Positions 30,702-41,831 are shown, counted from the stretch's first letter. The stretch is DNA of 64,000 nucleotides from Vicinamibacteria bacterium (GCA_025923995.1 JAICEW010000001.1:4513-68512), one strand, 5' to 3'. The notes: generated by a model from the letters alone, not told the origin. Program-made: numbers and translations.

Positions 30702-31083
30702 CGGGCTGGTGATCCTCTCGGGCTGCCGGGCGCCCGAGGACGCCCTCGTCTCGAGCTGCACCACGTCGGTGCTGTCGCTCAGCACCGAGTGCAAGCTGAG
30801 GGCGACGAAGCTGCCGGCGGTGCGGAGCTCCTGGATCGACGCCAACACCAAGAACTTCAAGGTGCGCGTCTCCGGGACGTTCTCGGTGCAAAAGGGCCGG
30901 GTGACCGTGACGCTCCCCGGTTGCAGGGAGGGAGGCAGTGCCGAGGCGACCGCCGCGCGCCCGGCGTCGCTCGAGTGCGATGCCGCGATCAGCCGCTCCG
31001 ACTTCACCTTCGCGGTGCGAGCGAGTCCCGTCGACGGGGTCGCGGAGGGCTTTGCAGGACAGCTGAGCTTCAAGCCGATCTGA
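30682..31083 (+). CDS. small lipoprotein (133 aa)
   Basis: MKRLALIGLVILSGC lipobox. GC3-rich real-gene codon usage; mixed composition (K, F, I). Its ATG (30682-30684) overlaps the alternative ATG of the divergent PolDom gene within CATG. Occupies the spurious N-terminal extension of ORF 29274-31235. Confidence 0.5.
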   Translation: MKRLALIGLVILSGCRAPEDALVSSCTTSVLSLSTECKLRATKLPAVRSSWIDANTKNFKVRVSGTFSVQKGRVTVTLPGCREGGSAEATAARPASLECDAAISRSDFTFAVRASPVDGVAEGFAGQLSFKPI

Positions 31084-31086
31084 TTC

Positions 31087-31108
31087 CCATCCGCCCCGGG
31101 GCGGATGG
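31087..31108. terminator. 22-nt perfect palindrome (bidirectional terminator-like hairpin) between convergent genes
   Basis: ccatccgccccggggcggatgg equals its own reverse complement (9-bp stem, 4-nt loop). Flanked by the TGA of 30682-31083 and the TAG of 31120-31725. Confidence 0.35.
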
Positions 31109-31119
31109 AAGCGACGCGT

Positions 31120-31725
31120 CTACCGCGGGAATCCGAAGCTGACTCCCAGCGTCGCGCGCCAGAAGCCGTAGTCCTCGGAACGAATGCCGTCGGGCTCGTC
31201 TTCGTCGGCCAGCGCGCGGAAGTACCGCAGGTCACCTCGAAGCCCCACGCGCCGGCTCAGCGCGAACATCACGCCGCCGCCGGCGTCGAATGCGAGGTCG
31301 TCCTGGTCCCTGGACGGCTCATTGGTCCAGGCGTGCACCAGCCCGAACCCGGCTGACCCGTAGGGTCGCCACTTCGGCGCGCTTGGAATGCGAATGGGCA
31401 CCACCACGTTGGCCATGAAGCCCATGGCGTCGGTGTTGATGTCCTTGCAGGGCCCCGGCATCCCGGTGCAGTTGGGCGGAGCCGCCGGGTCCAGCGGGAC
31501 GACCTCGGAATCCTTGAAGAAGTGCTGGTACCGCTGGAGATCGAGCTCGAACCCGAGCCAGCCGCCGAACCAGGCGATGGTACCGCCGGGCCCCCCTTTG
31601 CCGTGCTCGACGTCGCCTGCCACGTTCAACCCGAGTTGCGGCGTGATCACCCACTGCGCTTGCGCCGGCGCCGTCAACCAGACGACGACCGGAACCGTGA
31701 GAAGAACCGAGCGATATCGGGCCAC
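31120..31725 (-). CDS. outer-membrane beta-barrel-like protein (201 aa)
   Basis: GTG start at 31725 (VARYRSVLLTVPVVVWLTAPAQAQ signal peptide, AQA|QW cleavage). Alternating amphipathic strands, Gly/aromatic-rich, C-terminal ...LGVSFGFPR. Confidence 0.5.
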   Translation of the reverse strand: MARYRSVLLTVPVVVWLTAPAQAQWVITPQLGLNVAGDVEHGKGGPGGTIAWFGGWLGFELDLQRYQHFFKDSEVVPLDPAAPPNCTGMPGPCKDINTDAMGFMANVVVPIRIPSAPKWRPYGSAGFGLVHAWTNEPSRDQDDLAFDAGGGVMFALSRRVGLRGDLRYFRALADEDEPDGIRSEDYGFWRATLGVSFGFPR

Positions 31726-31904
31726 CGATTCACCCCGTCGTCGCCACTCGCCCCTCTCGGGCGACGGTCGGGCGTGTATGCAGCCCTGATGCCGTCGGAC
31801 ACCTGTGGTGCAGGCCTGGCAAGCCGACGACTGGCTCCCGGTGTTGTCCACACGGGACGACGTCAGCGATCTCACGCTGACCACCCGAGATGACAGCCGC
31901 TCTT

Positions 31905-31944
31905 CCGAAACGAAAACGCCCGCGGGCCGAGGGGCCCGCGGGCG
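31905..31944 (-). terminator. intrinsic terminator of rpoD
   Basis: 12-bp perfect stem cgcccgcgggcc / ggcccgcgggcg (31917-31944) with a 4-nt loop. Followed on the minus-strand RNA by UUUUCGUUUCGG, about 40 nt after the rpoD stop. Confidence 0.6.
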
Positions 31945-31985
31945 GTCGATTCAATGGCGCGGCGCCGGCGGCGCCGTCCGGAGCG

Positions 31986-33656
<1,671 letters not shown>

Positions 33657-33689
33657 TCGTTCCCTTTCCTTCTTCCTCTATGAATCCCG

Positions 33690-35447
33690 TTACAGGCCCG
33701 CGATCTGGCGGGCGATCTCGTTCTTCTCGCGCAGCAGCTCGTCCTCACGCCCGTCCCGGGCGGCGGCGATCTGCTGGCGCAGCGCGCTCAGGCGCGACTC
33801 CAGCTCCAGGCGGCGCAGCTCACGAACGCACTCGGCGGGGCTGACGCCGCTCCCCGGCGCCGCCTCCACGGCCACTTCGGTCACGATGCGTCGCGCGTCC
33901 TCGTCCGGCAGGGCTTCCAGCAGGGCCGACGCGCTCACGGCCGCGCCGGACGCCGTGAGGCGCTTGGCCGCGGCCAGCACGTCCCCCGCGCCGAGGCGGG
34001 CCAGGCTCTCGTCCGGCAGCGCCTGCAGGGCGTCGGCGATCCCCTCGGCGCTCGTCACCGTCAGCGACACCAGCCAGCGCTCCGCGGGCAGCAGCCGTGC
34101 GCGCGTCGGGGAGGCGGGCGGCGGTGCGCTGGGCTCCGGCAGCGTCATGCGGTCGCGTCCCGCGGTGAGCGCACGCCGCAGCTCCTCCTGCGCCGCGCGC
34201 TCGTCCAGTCCGCCCGCCTCCACGATCGCGGGCATCCAGGCCGCGCGCTCCACCGCGCTCTCGATGCGCGCGACGCTCGGCAGCAGCGCGGCCAGGAACG
34301 CCGCCTTGCCCGCCGGCGTCCGGGTGTCGTTCTCGGCCGCCGCGCGTCGGATCAGCCACTCCATGTAGCCGGGCGCCTCGTCCAGGCGACGCCGGTACGC
34401 GTCCGCGCCGAACTGCTTCAGGAAGCTGTCGGGGTCGTGCCCCTCCGGCAGCTCGACCACCTGCACCTTGAAGCCCTCTTCCAGCAGGATGTCGAGCCCC
34501 TTGCGCGCGGCGCGCTGGCCGGCCGCGTCCTGGTCGAAGTTCACGACCACGTGGTCGGTGAAGCGGCGCAGCAGCCGCGCGTGCGCGGGCGTCAGCGCGG
34601 TGCCGCAGGTGGCGACGGCGCCCTCGACTCCCGCCTCCAGCGCGCGGGCGACGTCGAGGTAGCCCTCCATCAGCACCGCGCGCCCGTCCTTGCGGATCGC
34701 GTCCTTGGCCCAGTGCAGGCCGTAGAGCACCCGGCTCTTCTGGTAGACGGGCCCCTCGGGCGAGTTCAGGTACTTCGGCTCCGAGCCGTCCAGGCTGCGC
34801 GCGCCGAACGCGACCACCTTGCCGCCCTCCGCGAAGATGGGGAACACGGCCCGGCTGCGGAACCGGTCGTAGAGGCGGTCGGTGCCTTCCTTCTGCACCA
34901 CCAGCCCGACGGTCTTGAGCGCGGCCTCCGGGAAGCGTCGCTTCATCGCGTCGAGCAGGTCGGTCCAGCCTTCCCGTGCCGCCCCGGCGCGGATGCGCTC
35001 CAGCGTCTCCTGCTTGAACCCGCGGCCCAGCAGGTACTCCCGCGCCTTCTCCCCGGGAGCCGTCCAGAGATGACGCGTGAAATGCTGGGCGGCCGCCTCG
35101 AGCAGCCCCAGCAATTCCTCGCGCTCCTTGCGGTCGGCCCCGCCGTCCCACCGGCTCTCCGGGACGGTCAGCCCGAAGTGCTTCGCCACCAGCTCGATCG
35201 ACTCGGGGAAGCCGACGCGCTCGTGCAGCATCACGAACTTGAACACGTCGCCGCCCTGGCCGCAGCCGAAGCAGTGGAACACCGGCGGCTCCTGGCGAAC
35301 GGTGAACGAGGGGGTCTTCTCGTTGTGGAACGGGCACAGCCCCTTCCAGGACGCGCCCGCCTTGCGCAGGGCGACGTGCTCCGAGATGTAGCGGACGATG
35401 TCCGCCGTGCGGCGGACCTCCTCGACGAAGGAATCGGGCAGCGCCAT
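33690..35447 (-). CDS. dnaG: DNA primase
   Basis: Zinc-ribbon CPFHNEKTPSF...HCFGCG and a TOPRIM region. Start ATG 35447 lies 2 nt after the mutS2 stop. The 1292-aa ORF-track ORF is a read-through in another frame of mutS2. Confidence 0.9.
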   Translation of the reverse strand: MALPDSFVEEVRRTADIVRYISEHVALRKAGASWKGLCPFHNEKTPSFTVRQEPPVFHCFGCGQGGDVFKFVMLHERVGFPESIELVAKHFGLTVPESRWDGGADRKEREELLGLLEAAAQHFTRHLWTAPGEKAREYLLGRGFKQETLERIRAGAAREGWTDLLDAMKRRFPEAALKTVGLVVQKEGTDRLYDRFRSRAVFPIFAEGGKVVAFGARSLDGSEPKYLNSPEGPVYQKSRVLYGLHWAKDAIRKDGRAVLMEGYLDVARALEAGVEGAVATCGTALTPAHARLLRRFTDHVVVNFDQDAAGQRAARKGLDILLEEGFKVQVVELPEGHDPDSFLKQFGADAYRRRLDEAPGYMEWLIRRAAAENDTRTPAGKAAFLAALLPSVARIESAVERAAWMPAIVEAGGLDERAAQEELRRALTAGRDRMTLPEPSAPPPASPTRARLLPAERWLVSLTVTSAEGIADALQALPDESLARLGAGDVLAAAKRLTASGAAVSASALLEALPDEDARRIVTEVAVEAAPGSGVSPAECVRELRRLELESRLSALRQQIAAARDGREDELLREKNEIARQIAGL

Positions 35448-35449
35448 CC

Positions 35450-37867
35450 CTATTCCTTGAGCTCCACGACCGTCACCCCGCCGCGTCCCTCCGCCCCCAC
35501 GCGGAACGAGGCCACGTGCGGGTGGCCGTCCAGGAACTGCGCGACCGCCTTGCGCAGGCGTCCGGCGCCGAAGCCGTGGATGACCCGCAGCTCCTTGCGG
35601 TCGGAGAGGGCGGCGTCGTCCAGCAGCTTGTCGACGCGCGGCAGCGCCTCGTCCACGGTCAGGCCCACCAGGTTGATCTCGGCCGGGACCGCGGGACGCA
35701 TGCCCTTGGCGGGCCCCTCGACGCGCGCCGTCTTCGGCGCCGCGCCCGCGAGCGCGATCAGCTCCGCCCGCGGGACGCGGAGGCGCTTGCCGCTCACGGC
35801 CAGCTCCACGTCGTCGCCGGCGAGCGCCATCACGTCGCCCACCACGCCCAGCGAGCGGACGCGCGCGCGTCCTCCCACCGCCAGCGGGGTCTCGGCCGCG
35901 GCAGGCTCGGGGGCCGCCTCGGCTCCATCCAGCCCCTGAGGCGCCAGCGCCTCGCTGCGCGCTTCCCGGATGGCGGTGACCGCCTCGCTGCGCGCCCGGG
36001 CCGCCGCCGTCCTGGCCGGACGCGCGGCCTGCTCCTCGAGCTTGCGCACGGCGGCCGCGATCGCGTCCGCCGCCTGCCGCGCGAGCAGCTCCGCCCGGCG
36101 GTCCAGCTCCTTGTGGAAGGACTCGATCTCCTTGCGCCGGCGCACGGCCATCGCCTGCTCGACGTCGCGCTGGCGCACGCGCTCGTCGTGCAGCTCGGAC
36201 TGCTCGTGGGCCAGCCGCGCCTGGTCGTGGCGCAGGCGCGCCTGTTCCGTCTCCAGCTGCTTGAGGAGCGCTTCCGCCTGCGCGTCCTTGCGGTCGAGGC
36301 GCGTGCGCGCGTCGGCCACGACGGAGGGCTCGAGGCCGAGGCGTTCCGCCATCTCCAGGGCCAGGCTCCGGCCGGCCACGCCCAGCGCCAGCCGATACGT
36401 GGGCTCGTAGGTGGCCGGGTCGTACCCGAAGGAGGCGCACGCGACGTCCGGCGTCGACTGCGCATAGGCCTTGAGCAGGCCGTGGTGCGTGGTCGCGACC
36501 ACCATCGCGCCGCGCACGCGGAAGTGATCGACCACGGCGGTCCCCAGCGCGCCGCCCTCGGCCGGGTCGGTGCCCGCGCCCACCTCGTCCAGCAGCACGA
36601 GCGCGGGCGTCTGCAGGTCGCGCGTCATCTCCACGATGCCCGCCAGGTGCGCGGAGAAGGTCGAGAGGTTGGCCGCGATCGACTGCTCGTCGCCGATGTC
36701 GGCGAAGACCCGCTTGAACACCGGCAGCACGCTGCCCTCGGCCGCGGGCACGTGCAGGCCGCACTGCGCCATGAGCGCCAGCAGGCCGACCGTCTTGAGC
36801 GCGACCGTCTTGCCGCCCGTGTTGGGCCCGCTGATCACGAGCACCGGCTTGCCGAAGCCGACCGTGATGCTGACCGGCACCGGCTCGCGCGTCGTGCGGC
36901 GCTGCAGGCCCAGCCGCTCGACCAGCACCGGCATCAGCAGCGGATGGCGCGCGTCGCGCAGGTCCAGGTCCAGGTGTCCCTTGTCCGCGATCACGGGGCA
37001 CACCGCGTTCATGTCGCGCGCGCACAGCGCCCGCGCCTGCACCGCGTCCAGCTCGCCCAGGACCTCCACCGTGCGGGCGAGGTCGCGCGACCGGGCGCCC
37101 ACGCGCGACGTCAGGTCGCGCAGGATCCGCACCACCTCGGCCCGCTCCTCCTCCTGCAGCGAGACGATGTCGTTGTTGAGCTCGACCGCCGGCATGGGCT
37201 CGACGAAGAGGCTGGCGCCCGAGCCCGAGCCGCCGTGGATGATCCCGGGGATCTGGCCCCGGTGCTCGGCCTTGAGCAGCAGCACGTAGCGGTCGTTGCG
37301 CGTGGTGACCAGCTTGTCCTGCAGCAGGCGATCGGCGTCCTTGCCGCGGAGGAACCCCTCCATCACGGACTGCAGCTGCGCGCGCAGGCGGGTGAGGGCG
37401 CGTCGCGTCTCCTGCAGCTTGGGGGAGGCGTCGTCCGCCACCTCTCCGGTCGGCAGGATCGCGCGCCGGAGGAGCACCGCCAGGTCGGTCATGTCCGGCA
37501 CGACCGAGGCGTCGCGCGCGAGGCCCGGCGCGCTCTCCACCCGCGCCACGCGCTGGGCGATCTCGCACCCGCCCTCGACGAACGACGCGACGTCGAGCAG
37601 CGCGGCCGGCTCCAGGTGCGCGCCCTCGACCCGCGCGGCCGGGAGCAGGTCGGTCAGGTCCGGCAGGTCGTGGTAGGGCTGCCGCCCGAGGCCACGGAGG
37701 AGGCGGACGCCCTCCGTCGTTTTTTCGAGCGCCTCCCGGACCTCCGCTGGCGTGCTCAGGGGAGAGAGTGTACGGACGCGGTCCCGACCCGCTGCCGAGC
37801 CGGTATGGCTGAGCAGCAGGGCGCGCACGGTCTCGAATTCCAGCGTACGGAAAGTGTTCGCGTTCAC
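35450..37867 (-). CDS. mutS2: endonuclease MutS2 (MutS domains plus C-terminal Smr)
   Basis: Walker A GPNTGGKT, LLDEVGAGTDP, C-terminal Smr (LRVIHGFGAGRLRKAV). GTG start at 37867 with AAAAGG RBS. Confidence 0.9.
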   Translation of the reverse strand: MNANTFRTLEFETVRALLLSHTGSAAGRDRVRTLSPLSTPAEVREALEKTTEGVRLLRGLGRQPYHDLPDLTDLLPAARVEGAHLEPAALLDVASFVEGGCEIAQRVARVESAPGLARDASVVPDMTDLAVLLRRAILPTGEVADDASPKLQETRRALTRLRAQLQSVMEGFLRGKDADRLLQDKLVTTRNDRYVLLLKAEHRGQIPGIIHGGSGSGASLFVEPMPAVELNNDIVSLQEEERAEVVRILRDLTSRVGARSRDLARTVEVLGELDAVQARALCARDMNAVCPVIADKGHLDLDLRDARHPLLMPVLVERLGLQRRTTREPVPVSITVGFGKPVLVISGPNTGGKTVALKTVGLLALMAQCGLHVPAAEGSVLPVFKRVFADIGDEQSIAANLSTFSAHLAGIVEMTRDLQTPALVLLDEVGAGTDPAEGGALGTAVVDHFRVRGAMVVATTHHGLLKAYAQSTPDVACASFGYDPATYEPTYRLALGVAGRSLALEMAERLGLEPSVVADARTRLDRKDAQAEALLKQLETEQARLRHDQARLAHEQSELHDERVRQRDVEQAMAVRRRKEIESFHKELDRRAELLARQAADAIAAAVRKLEEQAARPARTAAARARSEAVTAIREARSEALAPQGLDGAEAAPEPAAAETPLAVGGRARVRSLGVVGDVMALAGDDVELAVSGKRLRVPRAELIALAGAAPKTARVEGPAKGMRPAVPAEINLVGLTVDEALPRVDKLLDDAALSDRKELRVIHGFGAGRLRKAVAQFLDGHPHVASFRVGAEGRGGVTVVELKE

Positions 37868-38133
37868 GCCTTTTCTGTAGGGAACCAGAAACCTGGCGTC
37901 CGCACCCTTCCGCTCAACCGGACATCGCGTTCGCCCGTCTGGAGGGGGCTAAGGCGTTGCTTTGGCTAGCTTTGAAGGGAGGGACGCGGTGGGATCCTGC
38001 CCCTTGCCTCCGTCCGCCTTACACCCGCCTCGGGCCCAGGACAGGACTCTTCCCCAAAAATGAGAAGAATCAACGAGTTTGTCAAGGTCGAGGGCGTGGA
38101 AATTGCCCTCTTTGGAGGACGATTGGAAGTCCC

Positions 38134-38892
38134 TTAGGGCCGGGCTCCGGTCCGCAGGATCGAGCACGCCAAGTAGCCCGCTCCGAAGCCGTTGTCGATG
38201 TTCACGACGGCGACCCCCGAGGCGCACGTGTTGAGCATGGCGAGCAGCGCCGCCAGCCCGTGGAAGGAGGCGCCGTACCCGACCGACGTGGGCACCGCGA
38301 TCACCGGGGCCTCGACCAATCCTCCCACGACGGAAGGAAGTGCCCCCTCCATGCCGGCCACCACGATCACGACCTTCGCGCGGCGGATCTCCTCGGTGCG
38401 GCCCAGCAGCCGGTGCAGCCCGGCGACCCCCACGTCGAAGTAGCGGTCCACGGTCGCGCCCAGGAACGACGCCGTGACCGCGGCCTCCTCGGCCACCGGC
38501 TGGTCCGACGTGCCGGCGGACACGATCGCCACCCGTCCCACGAGGCTCTCGGTCGCGCGCACCGCGAGCGTGAGGCACCTCGCGGACGGATGGTGCTCGA
38601 CGGGCAGGCCGCGTGCGAGCACGGCGTCGCGTGCCTCTTCGGAGGCACGCGTGACGAGGACGTTGTGGCCGGCGGCCGCCATGCGCTCGACGATGGACGC
38701 GACCTGCTCCGGCGTCTTTCCGCCTCCGTAGACCACTTCGGGCGCGCCCCGGCGCAAGGCCCGGTGGTGGTCGATCGTCGCGAACCCGAGATCCTCGTAG
38801 GGAAGGGCGCGCAGCCGCTCCAGCGCGTCGTCGGGCGAGACCCGGCCATCCTTGACGGCGCCGAGCAAATCGTGCAAATCTCCCGGATTCAT
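38134..38892 (-). CDS. larB: PurE-like nickel-pincer cofactor biosynthesis protein LarB family
   Basis: IVSAGTSDQPVAEEAAVTASFLGA and MEGALPSVVGGL..PVIAVPTSVGYG match the LarB/PurE-like fold. No larC/larE seen in the window. Confidence 0.65.
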   Translation of the reverse strand: MNPGDLHDLLGAVKDGRVSPDDALERLRALPYEDLGFATIDHHRALRRGAPEVVYGGGKTPEQVASIVERMAAAGHNVLVTRASEEARDAVLARGLPVEHHPSARCLTLAVRATESLVGRVAIVSAGTSDQPVAEEAAVTASFLGATVDRYFDVGVAGLHRLLGRTEEIRRAKVVIVVAGMEGALPSVVGGLVEAPVIAVPTSVGYGASFHGLAALLAMLNTCASGVAVVNIDNGFGAGYLACSILRTGARP

Positions 38893-38917
38893 CCCAGGGC
38901 CTTCTGATACGCTCGGA

Positions 38918-38945
38918 TTGACGGGGTCAGGAGCGCGGGTAAACT
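38918..38945 (+). promoter_or_regulatory. candidate sigma-70-type promoter for the GT2 gene (-35 TTGACG, 16-nt spacer, -10 TAAACT) inside an AT-richer patch
   Basis: TTGACG at 38918-38923 and TAAACT at 38940-38945. Followed by inverted repeats AAACT-ATAG-AGTTT and GTGCC-tagttg-GGCAC. Divergent region between larB and the GT2 gene. Confidence 0.3.
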
Positions 38946-39109
38946 ATAGAGTTTGTGCCTAGTTGGGCACAACGCCCCCCTTGAGGATCGCCCGGGGGGA
39001 CCCGAAAGAGACCCCGGGGCGGTCCCGTTCGTGCAAGCAGGTTGGCATGGCCCTCGAGCAACGGGGTCAGACTGTGGCCGCCTGCGGAGGAGGCTAACGT
39101 CCCGAAGTC

Positions 39110-40597
39110 ATGAGCCCACTTGAATACGCCATCCTTGGTGCCTACTTCCTGACGCTCGTCATCCTGGCTGTCTTCGGCCTCCATCGTTACGTCATGGTCT
39201 ACCTGTACTATCGGCACCGGGACCGGCGTGCGCTTCCCGCGCCGCTGCCGGCTCGGCTGCCCCGGGTGACCGTCCAGCTCCCTCTCTACAACGAGATGTA
39301 CGTCGTGGACCGCCTCTTGGAGAGCGTCACCTCGATCCGCTATCCGCGCGAGCTGCTGGAGATCCAGGTGCTCGACGACTCCACCGACGAGACGCGCGCG
39401 ATCGCGTCGGCCGCCGTGGCGCGGTACGCGGAACAGGGCTTCGACATCCACTACCTCCATCGCGCGGACCGCGAGGGCTACAAGGCGGGCGCGCTCGACG
39501 CGGGCCTCAAGGTCGCGAAGGGCGAGTTCGTGCTCATCTTCGACGCGGACTTCATCGCGCCGCCGGACATCCTCGAGAAGACGCTCGGGCACTTCGACGA
39601 CGCGGGGGTCGGCATGGTGCAGGTGCGTTGGGGGCACATCAACCGCGACTACTCGCTGCTGACCCAGGTGCAGTCGGTGCTGCTCGACGGCCACTTCATC
39701 CTGGAGCACGGCGGGCGCAACCGCTCGGGCCGCTTCTTCAACTTCAACGGGACCGCGGGGGTCTGGCGGCGCGAGGTCATCACCGACGCCGGCGGCTGGC
39801 AGCACGACACGCTGACCGAGGACCTGGACCTCAGCTATCGCGCCCAGATGAAGGGCTGGCGTTTCGTGTTCGTGCAGGACGTGGTCTCGCCGGCCGAGGT
39901 GCCGGTGGAGATGAACGCCTTCAAGAGCCAGCAGCACCGCTGGGCCAAGGGCTCCATCCAGACCTGCAAGAAGCTGCTGCCGCGCATCCTGGCCTCGGCC
40001 CAGCCCCTGCACATCAAGGCGGAGGCCGCGTTCCACCTGACGGCCAACTTCGCCTACCCGCTCATGATCGTGCTCTCGCTGCTCATGTTCCCGGCCATGG
40101 TCATCCGCTACAACATGGGCTTCTACGAGATGATGATCGTGGACGTGCCGCTGTTCCTGGGCGCGACCATGAGCGTCTGCTCGTTCTACCTGATGAGCCA
40201 GCGCGAGGTGTTCGGCGAGGGCTGGCGCGCGCGCATCCGCTACCTGCCGGCGGTGCTCGCGGTCGGCATCGGGATCTCCGTGAACAACGCCAAGGCCGTG
40301 CTGGAGGCGCTGCTGGGGATGCAGTCGGAGTTCACGCGCACGCCCAAGTACCGGGTGGAGGGCACCTCCGACGACTGGAAGCTGAAGCGCTATCGCGGCA
40401 ACGTCACGCTGGTGCCCTTCATCGAGCTGCTGCTGGGCGCCTACTTCAGCCTCATGGCGTGGTACGCGGTGAGCAACGGCATCTACGGCACGCTGCCGTT
40501 CATCTTCCTGTTCCAGGCAGGCTTCCTGTACGCGGCGTTCCTCTCGCTGTTCGAGAACGTCGGCAAGGTGGGCCTGGTGCAGGAACAGGAGGCCTGA
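39110..40597 (+). CDS. family-2 glycosyltransferase, processive cellulose-synthase-like (membrane)
   Basis: DDSTDE, FDADF, Q(Q)HRWAKG (QxxRW) motifs. N- and C-terminal TM helices. Confidence 0.85.
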   Translation: MSPLEYAILGAYFLTLVILAVFGLHRYVMVYLYYRHRDRRALPAPLPARLPRVTVQLPLYNEMYVVDRLLESVTSIRYPRELLEIQVLDDSTDETRAIASAAVARYAEQGFDIHYLHRADREGYKAGALDAGLKVAKGEFVLIFDADFIAPPDILEKTLGHFDDAGVGMVQVRWGHINRDYSLLTQVQSVLLDGHFILEHGGRNRSGRFFNFNGTAGVWRREVITDAGGWQHDTLTEDLDLSYRAQMKGWRFVFVQDVVSPAEVPVEMNAFKSQQHRWAKGSIQTCKKLLPRILASAQPLHIKAEAAFHLTANFAYPLMIVLSLLMFPAMVIRYNMGFYEMMIVDVPLFLGATMSVCSFYLMSQREVFGEGWRARIRYLPAVLAVGIGISVNNAKAVLEALLGMQSEFTRTPKYRVEGTSDDWKLKRYRGNVTLVPFIELLLGAYFSLMAWYAVSNGIYGTLPFIFLFQAGFLYAAFLSLFENVGKVGLVQEQEA

Positions 40598-40656
40598 CGG
40601 CCGAGGACGTCCTCCGCTCCCCCGGACAGGACGAAGGCGCCCTCACCGGCGCCGCC

Positions 40657-41493
40657 GTGCGGCGCGTGCTCGGGCTGACCCTGCTGCTCAACGTCCTGGT
40701 GAGCGCCGGCAAGATCGTCGTCGGCAACATGTCCGGCAGCCTGTCGATGGTGGCCGACGGCTACCACAGCATGACCGACGGGCTCAACAACGTCGTGGGC
40801 CTGGTCGTCGCCTCCTTCGCCTACAAGCCGCCCGACGCCGGCCACCCCTACGGCCACCGCAAGTTCGAGACGGCGGCCACGCTCCTGATCGGGCTCGCGC
40901 TGCTGGTCGTCGCCTACCACGTGATCGAGCAGGCGCTGACGCAGGTGCAGGGCGCGCGGCAGCCCGAGGTGGGCGCGCTCAACTGGATCGTCATGGGCGT
41001 CACCCTGCTCGCGAACGTGTTCGTGGCCTGGTACGAGCGCCGTGAAGGACGACGCCTCAACAGCCCCTTCCTCATCGCGGACTCGGCCCACACGCGCTCG
41101 GACATCTACGTCACGCTCGGGGTCGTGGCGTCGTTCGCCGGCGCCCGCGCCGGCCTGCCCTGGATGGACGGGCTGGTGGCGGCCGGCATCGCCGCCTTCA
41201 TCGCGTTCCTGGCCGTGCAGATCCTGATCGGCTCGTTCAACACGCTCACCGACCGCGCGGTCCTGTCCAGCGAGGCGCTGCAGGCGGTGGTCCGGGCCGT
41301 CCCCGGGGTGCGCGCCTGCCGCGAGATCCGGACGCGGGGAGGGGAGGGCGCCGTCTACGTCGACCTCACCGTCCACGTCGACGGCGACATGCGGCTGCGC
41401 GCCGCCCACGACGTCGCCGACCGCATCGAAGCCGCGCTGCAGGAGGCCCACCCCGAGATCGTGGACGTGGTGGTCCACGTCGAGCCGGCCTGA
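40657..41493 (+). CDS. cation diffusion facilitator (CDF) family metal efflux transporter
   Basis: LNVLVSAGKIVVGNMSGSLSMVADGYHSMTDG..., HPYGHRKFE, C-terminal cytoplasmic domain. Start uncertain (GTG 40657 or 40666; no in-frame ATG upstream). Confidence 0.75.
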   Translation: MRRVLGLTLLLNVLVSAGKIVVGNMSGSLSMVADGYHSMTDGLNNVVGLVVASFAYKPPDAGHPYGHRKFETAATLLIGLALLVVAYHVIEQALTQVQGARQPEVGALNWIVMGVTLLANVFVAWYERREGRRLNSPFLIADSAHTRSDIYVTLGVVASFAGARAGLPWMDGLVAAGIAAFIAFLAVQILIGSFNTLTDRAVLSSEALQAVVRAVPGVRACREIRTRGGEGAVYVDLTVHVDGDMRLRAAHDVADRIEAALQEAHPEIVDVVVHVEPA

Positions 41494-41504
41494 ATCAAGT
41501 GAAG

Positions 41505-41831
41505 CTAGCGCTTCTCCCCGCCGCAGTCGTCGCACGGACACAACCCACGCAACAGCCGGAAGGTGTAGATGCCGGTGCTGTGGTTGTCGGCCCAGGTCGG
41601 CGCCAGCGCGTAGTTGCCGACGCCCTCGACGTGCAGGAGATCCTGCCCGGACAGGTCCAGGTAGCGGGCCACCGGCGCGTGGCCCTGGCAGCCCGCGCAG
41701 GGACACCAGCTGCGCAGGTAGTCGAGCCCGTACGTCGAGACGTGGCCGTCGTCCCAGGTGACGACCAGCCGCCGCGCGCCCTTCTCGTGGCGGACCTCGA
41801 CGGGCTCGGGATACGGCGGGGCGGGGGGCAT
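41505..41831 (-). CDS. DUF971 (gamma-butyrobetaine hydroxylase-like N-terminal domain) protein
   Basis: RLVVTWDDGHVSTYGLDYLRSWCPCAGC...LCPCDDCGG. ATG 41831, 5 nt after the FHA gene stop. Confidence 0.7.
   Translation of the reverse strand: MPPAPPYPEPVEVRHEKGARRLVVTWDDGHVSTYGLDYLRSWCPCAGCQGHAPVARYLDLSGQDLLHVEGVGNYALAPTWADNHSTGIYTFRLLRGLCPCDDCGGEKR

Noticed and set aside
33690-37568. 1292-aa ORF suggesting a dnaG fused to upstream sequence
   Set aside because: Only the C-terminal 585 aa (from ATG 35447) are DnaG. The upstream 700 codons are a different frame of mutS2 (35450-37867) with Arg/Gly-rich junk.
40594-40656. CTG start overlapping the GT2 stop for the CDF transporter
   Set aside because: AGGAGG lies only 1 nt upstream (too close) and CTG starts are rare. 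GTG at 40657/40666 gives a standard CDF N-terminus. Still uncertain.
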